NCBI RefSeq assembly: GCF_038025025.1
Contig: NW_027117341.1
Coordinates: 682,001-746,000 of the forward strand
DNA: 64,000 nt
Origin: Phyllosticta citribraziliensis
Taxonomy: Eukaryota
Direction: 5' to 3'
The notes under the pieces were generated by a model. The model saw only the letters and a list, made by a program, of their open reading frames with translations, was not told the DNA's origin and searched no databases. Shown here one piece after another: positions 1-11,691 of this stretch (its first letter is position 1; every line of letters starts with the position of its first letter). Made by a program: the position numbers and the translations under genes.

Positions 1-984
1 GTTCTTGCGTGAGCCGCGCTGGATGGCTGGCTGGCTGGCGATGTGAGAGGCTTGCTAGTTGGTCGGTGACGACTGTTCGCTTCGAAAGTGTGGTTCGGAG
101 AAGATGCAATGTTTGCAATATCCACTGCATTTCGAAACACCAAGGCCTAGGAAGAGAAAGCAGGCGGTGTCATATTGAGGACCACTGGATGATGGATCAT
201 TTGGGTTGTTCCCCTCGACTCAAGAACGAAGCAAAAGAGCAGGAAAACACCAGAAGCAGCGGACGGTGCAAACAGCGAGACCGGCGGAATACTGAGTTCG
301 ATTCCATCAGAATCGATTCCCAGCAAGTTCCAGCACATTCAACCGGCGTGAGAAATCAACCAGCGATCGAAGCAGAATTCGCGAACAATCTGCCGTTCAT
401 GAACCAAAGTGCTAGCCTTACCAGCATTCAGGCCGGCAGTTGGTTGACTGTTGCGCCGGTAGTATGGGGACATCCACTTGCGTTAAATTCGCCCATGCCA
501 ACCGGCCACCCAGGCTGTTCTGCTTCCGATTTCGAGCCACAACAGGTTTTCTCTTTCTTCGCGATCATGAATTCTCCTGCTGCATACCTGCTTATTTCTG
601 TCAGCCTGTAGTTTTCAAATGGCGTGCTGCACCCTTTTGCTCTGTGTAAATTCAGAGGCTGAGACGATCTAGAGAAGTGAGCTAGAAGCAAAGGAGACAT
701 CCTAAATGTAGGCAGGATCAACAGAAAGTCAAAAGCAGGCTAGTGTCTTGTTCATTCGCGATGATCAATGTACAAATGTTCCGAGCTGGCACGCTCAAGC
801 TCATGATTGTCCTGCTCTTTTGATGTCTTTGCCTGCTCTGATTACTCGTTGTTGAAAAAAGTAGCGTTTGAATGTCACAAGGCCGAATCATAGTTTGTAA
901 AACGCATTCAATTACCCAACATGAAGTGACGCTGTACTTTGGCCATACACGAAAGGTATCAAAGTTCGCAAAAGGAAAGATACC

Positions 985-1940
985 TCAAGGGAGGGTGTAG
1001 CCGCCGTCAATGACGAGGTTAGCGCCCGTCATGTAGCTGCTGGCATTGCTGGCCAAGAAGACGTATGCCTGAGGGAGGAACAAAAGTTAGAAGGATCGCC
1101 GGACCGAAAGAGGCCAGTGGGAACTTACGCCCTTGAGCTCATTGGGATCGCTGAATCGCCCGCCCGGAACCATGTCGTACCACTTCCGGCGCCATTCGTT
1201 GGGGTGGACAGAGAGCACTGTCCAGGGTCAGCTTTTCGTTCTTTGTCTCCTCTCATTGGCCGAGTGAGAACGGTGGAGAAAATAGACTTACTATCTGTGT
1301 CGATGAAGCCGGGGCTGATGGCGTTCACACGCGCAAAGTCGACCCACTCGACACTCAAGCTCTTGCACAGGTGCACCACTGCCGCTTTGCTCGCATTGTA
1401 AGCAGCCTGCTTCTGGGGAATGTTGACCAGAATGGCCGACACGCTTGCGGTGAAGATGATGTTCCCGCTGCCACCCTCCAGGGTACCAGCGGCTTTGGCC
1501 TTCTTGAAGATGTTGGCAGCCGCTTGGGCCGTCCACATGGCGCCGTCGAGGTTGACGCCCATCATCTTGGACCACGATTGCTCGCTCTCTTCTTCGGCGG
1601 GCTGGTGTGCGGCAATGCCTGCGTTGGCGACCACAATATCCAGCCGTCCAAAGTCCTTGGCCACCTGCTCCAGCGTTGCCGTGATGGTAGCTCGCTCTTG
1701 CACGGAAGATTGGTAGGCGCGCGTCGTGACGCCTGTCTTTTGCGCCAACGACTCGGCCACCTCGTTTGCGTTCTTGCTCGAGGTGTAAATGATGGCAACG
1801 TGGGCACCGGCTTCGGCCAGTGCGGTCGAGACGGCCAAACCAATGCCGCGCACGCCGCCCGTTACAGCGGCGACCTTGCCTTTGAGGGAGAAATGGGAGA
1901 GGACTGGAGCAGCGGGATCGGGGTGAGGAGCGAGAACCAT
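985..1940 (-). CDS. Short-chain dehydrogenase/reductase, sorbose reductase / L-xylulose reductase / mannitol dehydrogenase family (3 exons: 1940-1292, 1217-1129, 1068-985)
   Basis: TGGVRGIG nucleotide-binding motif, VVANAGI, catalytic YNASK in [18 protein letters not shown]. Introns 1291-1218 and 1128-1069 (GTAAGT..CAG) restore the C-terminus [27 protein letters not shown]. Confidence 0.9.
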
Positions 1941-2350
1941 GATGGGCAGTGATGGGATGCAGTTGACAATTGAAGCTGAACTGGTAGACAAGATGAGGAG
2001 CAGTTGTTTCGCGGGGTGAGAGGAAAAAGTTTGGAAGGATTAGGGGAAAGAAGCCAAGTAAACAATGACGAGGACGTTGTGGCTGGCCGGACCGGTAAAC
2101 CTGACAGTTGTGACGACGAGTTGCCCCACCTGTCGTTGGAGGTGAGGGCGACTGACGATCCCCCGCTTTTGCACCGCGTCACTTGCCCCGCTTCACCACC
2201 ACACCCCGCTTGCCCCAGGAAGGTAATCCGGCCTCTACTGACCACCAAGTGCAGCCTTTTCTTTTGTTTATTCAGTTGTCCCCTTATAAAGAACAAATTC
2301 ACACATTCTGGGTTGGGATTGTGACCACCTTTTCCCAATTGACTGTGAGA
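1941..2350. promoter_or_regulatory. Bidirectional promoter with six SYGGRG (CreA/Cre1-type) sites and a TATA-like box
   Basis: GCGGGG 2011-2016; CCCCAC 2124-2129; CCCCGC 2161-2166, 2186-2191 and 2204-2209; CCCCAG 2213-2218; TATAAA 2285-2290. Confidence 0.55.
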
Positions 2351-3655
2351 ATGGCCACTCAAACTGTTCAGGGACCGGTACACCACCACAATATTTGCTG
2401 TCACTATTAATCTCTAATTCTTTTGCAGAATCCGGCCTTCGTCCTACGCGCTATCAAAGACGTCAAGATTGAAAACCGACCAGTTCCTGAATTTCGCTCC
2501 CCACATGATGTCCTCGTCCATGTAGCGCACACGGGCATCTGCGGCAGTGATGTATGACCATCCATTGATATATTGCTTCCTCTTGGAGAACAAATCAACA
2601 AACTATTGGAAGGCGCAGGAGAATAGTCGCTGATGGAGAATCCCAGGTCCACTATTGGCAACGCGGCCGCATTGGCGACTTTGTCCTGACTTCTCCCATC
2701 ATCCTAGGCCACGAGTCTAGCGGCGTCGTGGTCAAGACCGGCCCTGCAGTCAAGCACCTCAAGCCGGGCGACCGGGTCGCCATTGAGCCGGGCGTGCCCT
2801 GCCGGCACTGCGACTTTTGCCGCGACGGCGCGTACAACCTGTGCGCCGACACCGTCTTCGCCGCCACCCCGCCGTGGGACGGCACTTTGCAAAAGTACTA
2901 CTCTGTGGCCGGCGACTACTGCTACAAGGTGCCCGACCACGTTGACCTGGAAGAGGCCGCGCTGGTCGAACCCGTCGCCGTTGCTGTCCAGATCATGAAG
3001 CTCGCTGGTAACGTCGCGGGCAAGTCGGTCCTTGTATTTGGCTGCGGCCCCATCGGTGTGCTGTGCCAGGCAGTCGCAAAAGCTTATGGCGCGGCCAAGG
3101 TCGTTGGTGTAGATTTGTCGCAGGCACGCATGGATTTTGCAAAGCAGTTTGCCGGCAGTGAGACGTTGGCGCCGCCAAAGGTCGAAGCAGAGGGCAAAGA
3201 GCCGATAGAGAAGGCGGAGCTTTCCGCAGCCAAGCTGAAGGAGGCGGCCGGTTTGGGAGAAGGCCCGGATGTGGTGTTGGAATGTACTGGCGCTGAGCCG
3301 TGTATTCAGACTGGCGTCTATGCGGCCAAGAAGGGCGGCACCTATGTCCAGGCTGGAATGGGGAAAGAGGTCAGTTTCTTGAAACCCCCGTGACTATTCT
3401 AGGCTGACCCAACCGCAGAATGTTCTCTTTCCCATTACGACTGCTTGTATCCGCGCTCTGAACATCAAAGGGTCCATCCGGTACACCACTGGCGTTTACC
3501 CGGCTGCGGTAGATCTAGTAGCGTCTGGAAAGGTTAAGGTGAAAGAGCTCGTCACCAACAGGTTCAAGTTTGAGGAAGCGGAGCAAGCTTTTGAGTTGGT
3601 AAAAGCTGCCAAGGAAGGTGTCTTTAAAGTTGTCATCCAAGGTGTTCAGGAGTAA
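2351..3655 (+). CDS. Zn-dependent NAD-linked xylitol/sorbitol dehydrogenase (MDR family), 4 exons
   Basis: Spliced product MATQTVQGP/NPAFVLRAIKDVKIENRPVP..GICGSD/VHYWQRGRIGDF..GHESSG. Structural Zn site CRHCDFCRDGAYNLC, GCGPIG, LECTGAEPC; last exon KGSIRY..VFKVVIQGVQE*. Confidence 0.92.
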
Positions 3656-4618
3656 CCAGGGGTAGAGTGTTGGAGGTTTCAGAAGTACGAGCTTCGTTTG
3701 CGAGCGAAATCATTTGAGAGCATGAGAAACGGAACTCCCTGCTCATTCCTGCAGAGAGTGTGCGCGTTACCTGGGAAGAGTGCTTGCTTACTTGCTTACC
3801 GAAAGATTGGAAAGCAAACAAACACTGGCCTTTTCGTCGACGATCAAAAGACAGTGACGTCCCAAAGCTCATGGTATCGCATATTCAGCTCTGGATCGAT
3901 GCTAAAGCGTGATACATGATTGCGAATGTCATCCAATCACACTTGATGCATTGGCGAATGCGAGGCGGCAGTTTTGCCGACAGAACGACGCCTCGTTCCT
4001 GACAATCCCACAAAGCTTGTTTTGCGTCCATCCGGCAAACTTGAAGCGCGACATCTCCAGAGCACAACAGCAGGATTCCCAAGGCAACTCAAGCGGTTCG
4101 GCAACGATCAGCCCGATTCCCGGGAGGAGTTCGGTCGGCAGTCCCGAAGCAGTAATCCAGACGACCCCGGTTGTAGGTGTCGGTCTTGAGACGGTGACGC
4201 AACGGACCGGGAATACCGCACTGAGGGGAGGACACGTCCCATGGGGTAAGGGGAGGCCGCAACCCCAGTCCCGCCGTTAGCGGAATCTGGGGTCGCCGTG
4301 TTCGGACGGCCAGCCAACCATCGTCGTGGACCCCGGAGTGGGCGCCAACCTTGGCATGATGGCATGATCATCCTGCCAGTCAGGTTACGCATTGGAGTTT
4401 CTGGGCCTTGGAAAGTACCTGAAGGTGCCATGGTCACGCCGCTGCTGCGGTTCTGGATCCTGGTTGCCCATGGGGTGGAATGACGATTCTGAGGGGTCGT
4501 CGCGGCGTGGGACGGTGGCTTATATGTCTGATGGGCGCCCTAAGAGGGGGACAAAGGACATACCGAGCACTCGAGAATTGTCCTTCAAGCTGGGACTCTG
4601 TGGTCTTGTACTGTCACT

Positions 4619-6380
4619 ATGAAGGCTGAAGAGATTGTCGGTGCCACTCTGGCGGAAGTGCTGCCCCAGACGGACAAGTACTGGTTCCAGATCCCGCATC
4701 TTTTGCAGCTCAACTTGATCCTGCTTGTCCCTCTTCTTTCCTCGGCTGTGGCAGGATACGATGGTACGTTGACCGATCTCTTCTGGTTCCTTGGGCTGAC
4801 TTGAGTCTGTCTGCAGGCTCGTTGATGAACGGCCTCCAATCCCTCCAACAATGGAAAGACTACTTTGGCAATCCTCAGGGGGCTCTCCTCGGAACCGTCA
4901 ATGCCGCCCAGTCTATCGGCTCAGTCGTGGCACTGCCCATGGTCGGCATGCTTTCTGATCGCTTCGGCCGCAAAGTCGTCCTGGTCTGCGGTCTGTTCGG
5001 CGTCATCATCGCCACCATAATCCAGGCCACGAGCACAACGCTCGCTCAGTTCATCGTATCGCGTCTCATCGTCGGTGCAGCGGGCATGCTCGCTGTCCAA
5101 CCTGCACCGCTCTTGATTGCCGAGCTTGCCTACCCGACACATAGAGGCAAGTACACGAGCGCCTTCTGGACAATGTACTACCTCGGCGCGATACTGGCGA
5201 GCTGGACAACCTTTGGCACCGAAGAGTTCAACAACTCGTGGAGCTGGCGCATTCCCACAATCCTGCAAGCGGGATACCCGTGTCTGCAACTGCTGTTCGT
5301 CTGGTGGCTGCCCGAATCTCCACGATGGCTGATTGCCAAGGAGAGGACGGAAGAGGCACGCCTCTTGCTGACCAAGTACCACGCCGGCGGCGACGACCAC
5401 AGTCCGCTGGTCGAAACCGAAGTGTCGGAAATCGTCAACACCATCAGGCTTGAGCAAGCGTCCAACGCGACGGGATGGGGCACGCTGGTGGCGACGGCGG
5501 GCAACAGGAAGAGACTCCTGATTGCCGTCTGCCTGGGCGCTTTTGCCCAGTGGAACGGCATCGGCGTCGTCAGCTACTACCTGACGCTCGTCCTCGACAC
5601 GATTGGCATTACCAATTCGTTCGACCAGACTCTAATCAACGGGCTGCTGCAGGTAAGTCATTCGTTGAACGCTCTATGGTGTCCGCGGCCATGACTAACG
5701 AACGCTCCCCAGATCTTCAACTTCATCGCCGCGCTCTCGGCCGCCTTCCTCGTCGACCGGCTGGGCCGCCGCCCGCTGTTCATCTGGTCCGGGATCGGCA
5801 TGCTGATCTCGTACATCGTGTGGACGGCGTGCAGCGCCGTCAACGTCGAGACGGGCAACAAGCCAGCCGGCATCGTCGTCGTCGTTTGCCTCTTCATCTT
5901 CTACTTCCATTACGACATTGCGTACACGCCCTTGCTGATGTGAGTCCTCCCCGGCCGCAAGCCCATCACAGAAAAAAAAAAAAAAAAAAAAAGGCCTCAA
6001 TAATGATGCTTCGACGAAGAAAACTTGTTTGCTGATGGAACGTCAGGTCCTATCCCACCGAGCTCTTCCCCTACAGCCTGCGCTCCAAGGGCATCACGTG
6101 CGAGCTGCTCAGCATCTACGGCTCGCTCATCGTCGTCGCCTTCGTCAATCCCGTCGGCATGGAGAACATCGGCTGGCGCTACTACATCGTCTATTGCTGC
6201 CTACTCGCTGTATTCCTCGCCGTCACTTGGGCGCTTTTTCCCGAGACCAAGGGCCACAGTTTGGAGGAGATTGCTGAGCTGTTTGATGGGCCGGGTGCGG
6301 TGCCGTCATCGAGTGCTAGGAAGGTGGACAGCGCGAAGGTCAAGGCCGGCGTTGAGGCGGAGCATATTGAGGTTGCTTAA
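4619..6380 (+). CDS. MFS sugar porter, lactose permease / cellodextrin transporter-like (4 exons)
   Basis: GYDG/SLMNGLQ, DRFGRK, AELAYPTHRG, WSWRIP, PESPRWL, QWNGIG, DRLGRR, YPTELFP and PETKG motifs. Introns at about 4764-4816, 5653-5712 and 5940-6046. Confidence 0.92.
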
Positions 6381-6883
6381 TTTGTGTCGTTTGCTTCGTT
6401 AGATTGGCGTTTGGTTGTGGGCGTTGGGCTTCTACCGCCGTGTTCAAATGCTTTGATTTAGTTTCATCCTGTCCAACATATTTTAGCCTTCAATATCAGC
6501 CAAAGCCTTTGGAGAATTACCATGCGGTCGATGTCTGGGAAGGGGATACCCCGGAGTGGAGACGAAATTGAGGCACAAGAAGCCGGGGCTATAGGGAAGA
6601 AGAATGATTGTGCGTGGAGTTCCGTATCGTTGCGAAGACCGATAGCACATACCCCCCCAGACAGAGAAAGGGACCACCAATTCCGCCTGACCCAGCATAA
6701 GGACGACGTCGCCCAAAGCGACCACATTTGAGGCAACGAACGACTTGGAAACAACAAAACGACCGGGTATCTTGAGGTAAACATGATCCAAACACAACAA
6801 AAAAGCCAGGCAACCCACCCACACACACGCAGATGGAAAGGCGAAGAAAGACCAAGAAATTTCCAAACCCCTCCCTCTCGCTC

Positions 6884-9800
6884 TCATGCCCCCCTTTCCG
6901 CCTCTTTCCCCTTCTCCTCCCCACCACCACTTCCTCCTGCAGCATGATCATCCTCCGCAATATCTTCAAAGCCCCACGCAGCACCAGCAACGCTGCCACT
7001 GCCGTTGCCACCGCCGAACCGCCTTCTACCCACGACACCGCGCGTCCCCGACCCGCCGCCGGCTGGGTAACCGCCCTGCGTCAGTTTGCGCGCAAACGGC
7101 GTGATGGCCGTCTTGAGCCGCGCGCCTGATGCAGCGCCTGGAAAGCCTGCTGGCGTTGCGCCGTAAGGAGGTGCCGGTCCTGTTGCGCGTCCGGGCGGCG
7201 GCGCGGTGCCTGGTACATTGAAAGAAGGGCCGGCAATGGGGTCTGTCGGAAATAGGGCCGTTGAGCGCGCAAATTGATGTGGCAACGGAGGCGCGGCTGC
7301 GGGGGTTGTGGAGCCGGTATGTGACTGAGCGGGCCCGGCGCCTGGGAGGATAAAGGTGCGGGTCGAAGAGGAGAATGCAGTGGGAGCGGTAATTGTCGCG
7401 GAGTTCGTGGCCGTGTTGTTGCTGTTTGTGTTTGTATTTGTGGGAATGGTTGAAGAAAGGGCAGCAATGCGGCGAGCGCGGATTGTGCTCCGTTTGGAGG
7501 GCGTGCGGAGATAGCCAGGGAGCGGAGCTGGAGTGGAAGTGAGGATGTTGGGATTTGGAGCACCGCCTGGGTTGATGGTCAGGGCGAAGGGGTTCGGGGG
7601 TTCCTTTTCGGGCTCGGCAGGGGGTTCGTTCTGGGCTGGTCGAGTTGGTGACGAATTTCGGGAGAAGAGAGGTCGAGAGGCGGCGAAGGTGGGAGCGGTG
7701 TTGAAATTGAGGTTGAGCTTGACGTCCCCGAGGTCCAGGGCCGACGGGTCAAAGGCAGTCCAGTCGTCGTTGCGGCCGCCGTTGTTTTGTTCTTCATCTG
7801 GCACCGTTGACCCGTCTGTTGTGCGACGCTGCGAAATTTCGATCTCCTGCTCTCCTTCTTCGACGACCGACTCTGCCAATGGCAAACCTCGCGCTTCTCG
7901 AGATTGTCGAGCTCGCGCTGCCCAGTGCTTAATCATGCTTTTGGCATGTCTCTCGAAATTTCTCTCTGCGAGCGCCTCGCCTGATCTTTGCTGTGTCCGC
8001 ACTTGGAACAAACGCCAATTCATCTTCTTCAAGCATTCAACTGCCGCAGAGGCAATCTGGGCGTCCAAAAATGCTGCTGCTCGGTCCTGATCATTGGATA
8101 CTTTTTGCAGCTTGCTGAAAAGAGCACCGTAGGCGCCGGACAGCAGCCTCACGCGCCTGATGCGTTCGGCCTCCTCGTCTTGCTGCTTGAACGAAGTCGA
8201 CTTCCCATGCCAAAAATCCAAGCAGTGAGTGGCCAACCTCAAGACAGCATTCTCACGCATCTCATGTGCTTGCCTCTGAGCCATTTCAACATGTGCTGCT
8301 TTGGCTCGCCACGTTTCGAAGGCTCGTCTTGCAATCCCAAGTTTGGTGCGTCGCCGGACAGTCGCGTATGCCTCTCTCTTGCGCATGCGTTGCGATTGAT
8401 GCGTGCTCTCCCGCCATTTCTTGAGCGCGTGTGTCGTCAGTGTGTAGAACTGAGCATCAGTACCCCACGCCTCCAGTTCCCGAATTTGCTGGTGCTTCGT
8501 TTGAAGAGCAGTCCAGCATCGAGTTACTACGCGAGGCGCGTACATGGCAAGAGCTTGTGACTCGCTTTGTCGCTGCTCCTGTAGCTTTACACGAAGAACA
8601 CCAAACGCCTTGCGCTTCAAGCGCATTTCTTCCGATTCTTGCAGAATTCGTTCTGACGCGGCCAGACGGTTCGACTTGTCGCCAGTCTTGTTTGCCCAGT
8701 TGCGGAACATGCTCCTTTTCAACTTTGTCTCCTGAAGGCGGGAAAGTATGGAGCCACGAGTCGCAAGAGACCACCTGTACAGCGCTTGAATGATGATGCG
8801 GTCGTCGATACGTTGCGCTAGCGCTTGGCAGCGAAGCTGATCATTCCAAGCGGTAAAGGCATTGCGCAAAACGAGCAGTCGGTTCAGATGCGCAGCTTTA
8901 CGAGACTGCTCTGCTCGGACACGCAGCGTAGTCAGGGCTCTTCGAGCGAGACCGATAATCACTGTCTGGGCCAGTTCTCTTTCGATGGGATTTAGCTTTG
9001 CCTGCACTTTAATGCTGTTGAAGCCGAGCGAAAGCAGCCTCTTGTTGCGTAGATCCTCTGCTGCAGGCCCAAGAGACTGAATAGACATGACCTTGTTCGA
9101 AAGAATCTGCAAGCTCTTCCTCTTCAAGTCCATTTCTCTCTTCGCCTGGACCTCGGCCTCCCTCTCCTTGACCTGCAACAAGCGGTCGATCAGAGTGGCA
9201 AAGGCTTTCCTCTTCAAAGTCGCATCATACCGCTTCGCTGCCCTCCGCTCGGAGAACTCCCAAAAACAGGCACTGTAAGCCTGTTGAATCACATTCTCCG
9301 ATCGAAAGGCCAGAGCGACGTCGCGCTCTTCTTGCAAAGCCGTGTACCTCCGGCGCCAAATCGCAAAGAACTTGGCCAGGACATGTCTTCGCACCTTGAG
9401 CTCTTCAACAGCCGTAATCTCATGCCAAGCGTTGAAATACTTGAATCTTAAAATGTGTCGCCGTGCAACCTGAGTACGCATGACCTCATCGGCAGCAGAG
9501 TTGGCCCAGTGCGTAAAGGCCTTTGTCAAGACGAAAAGATTACGAGCCTTCTCGGCACGTCGTTCGAGGTGATCAAAGAAGCGTTCCGTTTCCTTTTGCT
9601 GCCGCTTGGAGTTGTGCTGCAGTTTGAACATCTCAAGCGCAGCCTCCATGAGTTTGCGTTTGTTGAAGCGGTCTGCTGCTTCGTCCATTTGCATGTGGAG
9701 ATCGCGCTGCTCCATAGCCTTGTCTCTCCACGTGTGCATGGCCCTCCGAGCTGCGAAGAGAGATCGAGCGTACGAAAATGTTTCTGCGTCAGCGATCATC

Positions 9801-10855
9801 TGTGCAGGCGAGGGCCTGTACAGCATCTCGGGCGGGACATAATGCGGCGATTCTGGACTTGGGCCACCAATGGAGGATCTCCTTGTCCGAGGGCTGCCAA
9901 AGTCATCTAGGTCCTCAAACGATGAGATGTTGGGCTGTTGTCTTTGAATCTCCTCGGTCCTAGTAATCCTGATGCTGCCTTGGCTGGAAACAGACCTAGC
10001 TCGCCTTCTCGTATGGCGTACTTCCGAGGGGGCCCGGGAGCTCAATCGCCCTCGATAAGGCAAGGCTGAATGCATTGCTGCTCTTGGCTCCCTCGAACTG
10101 GACCTTGCCCTTCCACGCCGCCAAGTGCTAGGATCCAACAATTGACTTGACGACCTGGGGCGCCTGGGCGGTGCACTGAGTCCCTGATGCCCTCGTCCAG
10201 GCACAATGCCATTCTCGTCCTCATCACCCCACGGTCCCAAGTCCCTCGTTCTGTCGTAATTGGAGTCATTGAAACTCGCGCGCCGTGACCTCGGCGTCGG
10301 CATGGCGTGGCCGTAAGACGCTGGGGCTTCCTCCTCCTCCTCCACCTCTCCTCCCAAGTCGTCAAGATCGTCGTATTCATCGAATCGCCTAGTGACCTCC
10401 TCGACGCCCTCGCCTTGCTCGTCGACCTCGAGCTGGATTCCCATATCCCCGAGCAGCGCCGTGAAGCGTCCATACAGCGTCTCCGTGCTGGTAGGATCAT
10501 CGTGACCGAGAGCGCTGCCGGTTTGGACTTCACTGTGCGGACGAGTCGGGAGCTGTGGCTGGTTCTGCGGGCTCGCGGCGCGCATGCGCAATAGGAAGCG
10601 GAAGTAGACGCGGTCATGGTTGGGGTTGATGCCGCGCTCAGCGAGGACCTTGTCGTATGCGGCGAAGAGGGCGCGGTACGGTGGACCGGGGAGCTTCTCG
10701 GCAGTGGTGACGATGGTATAGAGGATCTCGACATCTGCGACAACGCGCGATTAGGGAAGTTCCGTGGCGGCCGCAAAGTGCAGCACTGGCGTAAGGGAGG
10801 CGCGCATACCCTGATTAGAGAGGTGAGGCAGCTCTTCTGCAATCGAAGCTGGCAT
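6884..10855 (-). CDS. SFI1: Spindle pole body half-bridge protein Sfi1 (centrin-binding repeats); exon 1 10855-10810, then one intron
   Basis: N-terminus MPASIAEELPHLSNQ/DVEILYTIV..PPYRALFAAYDKVL..DRVYFRFLLRM. Many Trp-containing repeats (KAFTHW, KYFNAW, KFFAIW, RNAFTAW, RRAFETW); low-complexity S/T/P tail. Confidence 0.82.
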
Positions 10856-11279
10856 TCGAGAAAGGCTGTTGTTTTCGTGCAAGTGGTTGAGGAGTCTTTG
10901 ACGCGCTTCGTCGGCCGCGGCACCATTCAAGCACGCGCGTAGGGTTGTTGCTGTGCGCGGTGTCGCTCATGAGATAAAAGTCATTACTCCAATGCGCCGG
11001 CTCCAATATAGCAAAAAGCTTGTGCTAAAAAATCAAAATGGAAGAATTAATCGAGCGTCGGTCGGAGGCAGCGAGGGGCTAGCGGGCGGGTGGCATCAAC
11101 AAAGAGCTCGAGACAGAGCAGAGCGGCTGTCGGGAGACGCGACTCGGCAAAGGAGCTCACCAAGGAATGGCTGGGCCCGCTAGCGCCTTGGCATGTTTGC
11201 CATGTTTGAGGAACTACTGCGCCTCCCGTGACGACAACGATGAACGCCAACTGACTCCCAATTCCAATCATCAAAAACC

Positions 11280-11564
11280 ATGCCTGGTAGAACGCGACCC
11301 ATCGAAAAGTTTGCAGCAGCTGCAACGCAATGTTCGGCAGAGGTGAGCCATCACAGGTTCACTCCAAATCAGCTCCGCCCTAAGTTTACGAACAGAGCGC
11401 CGCATATGGCAAATGCATCCTCGCCGACTACAAGAACGTGCACAAAGACATGTGCCTGAAGGAGTTCTTGAGACTTAAGGACTGCTATCTAGTGAGTTTC
11501 TCTCCCACCGGAGGTGGAGTAATAGGTTACTTATTCCCTTTAGGTGGCGGCCAAGAAGAAGTAA
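11280..11564 (+). CDS. NDUFAF8: 59-aa twin-CX9C mitochondrial protein, NDUFAF8-like complex I assembly factor (exons 11280-11342, 11396-11491, 11544-11564)
   Basis: Spliced MPGRTRPIEKFAAAATQCSAESAAYGKCILADYKNVHKDMCLKEFLRLKDCYLVAAKKK*. Two C-x9-C motifs, and resemblance to NDUFAF8 as recalled (C..EAAAYGRC..KDFCAREFEALRSC). Both introns are phase-0 GT-AG. Confidence 0.8.
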
Positions 11565-11691
11565 TCGAAGACGGTGTTCACGAAACTATCCGCAAAGAAC
11601 GTCATTTTACATCATGCCATAACGTGTTTTCATTTCAAGTCTATGGACCGAATCATGTCATCTCTTACTTCTTCCATCTTTTTCTCAGCCT

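Noticed and set aside
9..721. ORFs 9-611 and neighbours
   Set aside because: No motifs, codon bias or coherent splice model; probably intergenic.
5972..5992. Poly(A) run suggesting a retroposed insert
   Set aside because: Lies inside a normal transporter intron, with no TSD or SINE body visible.
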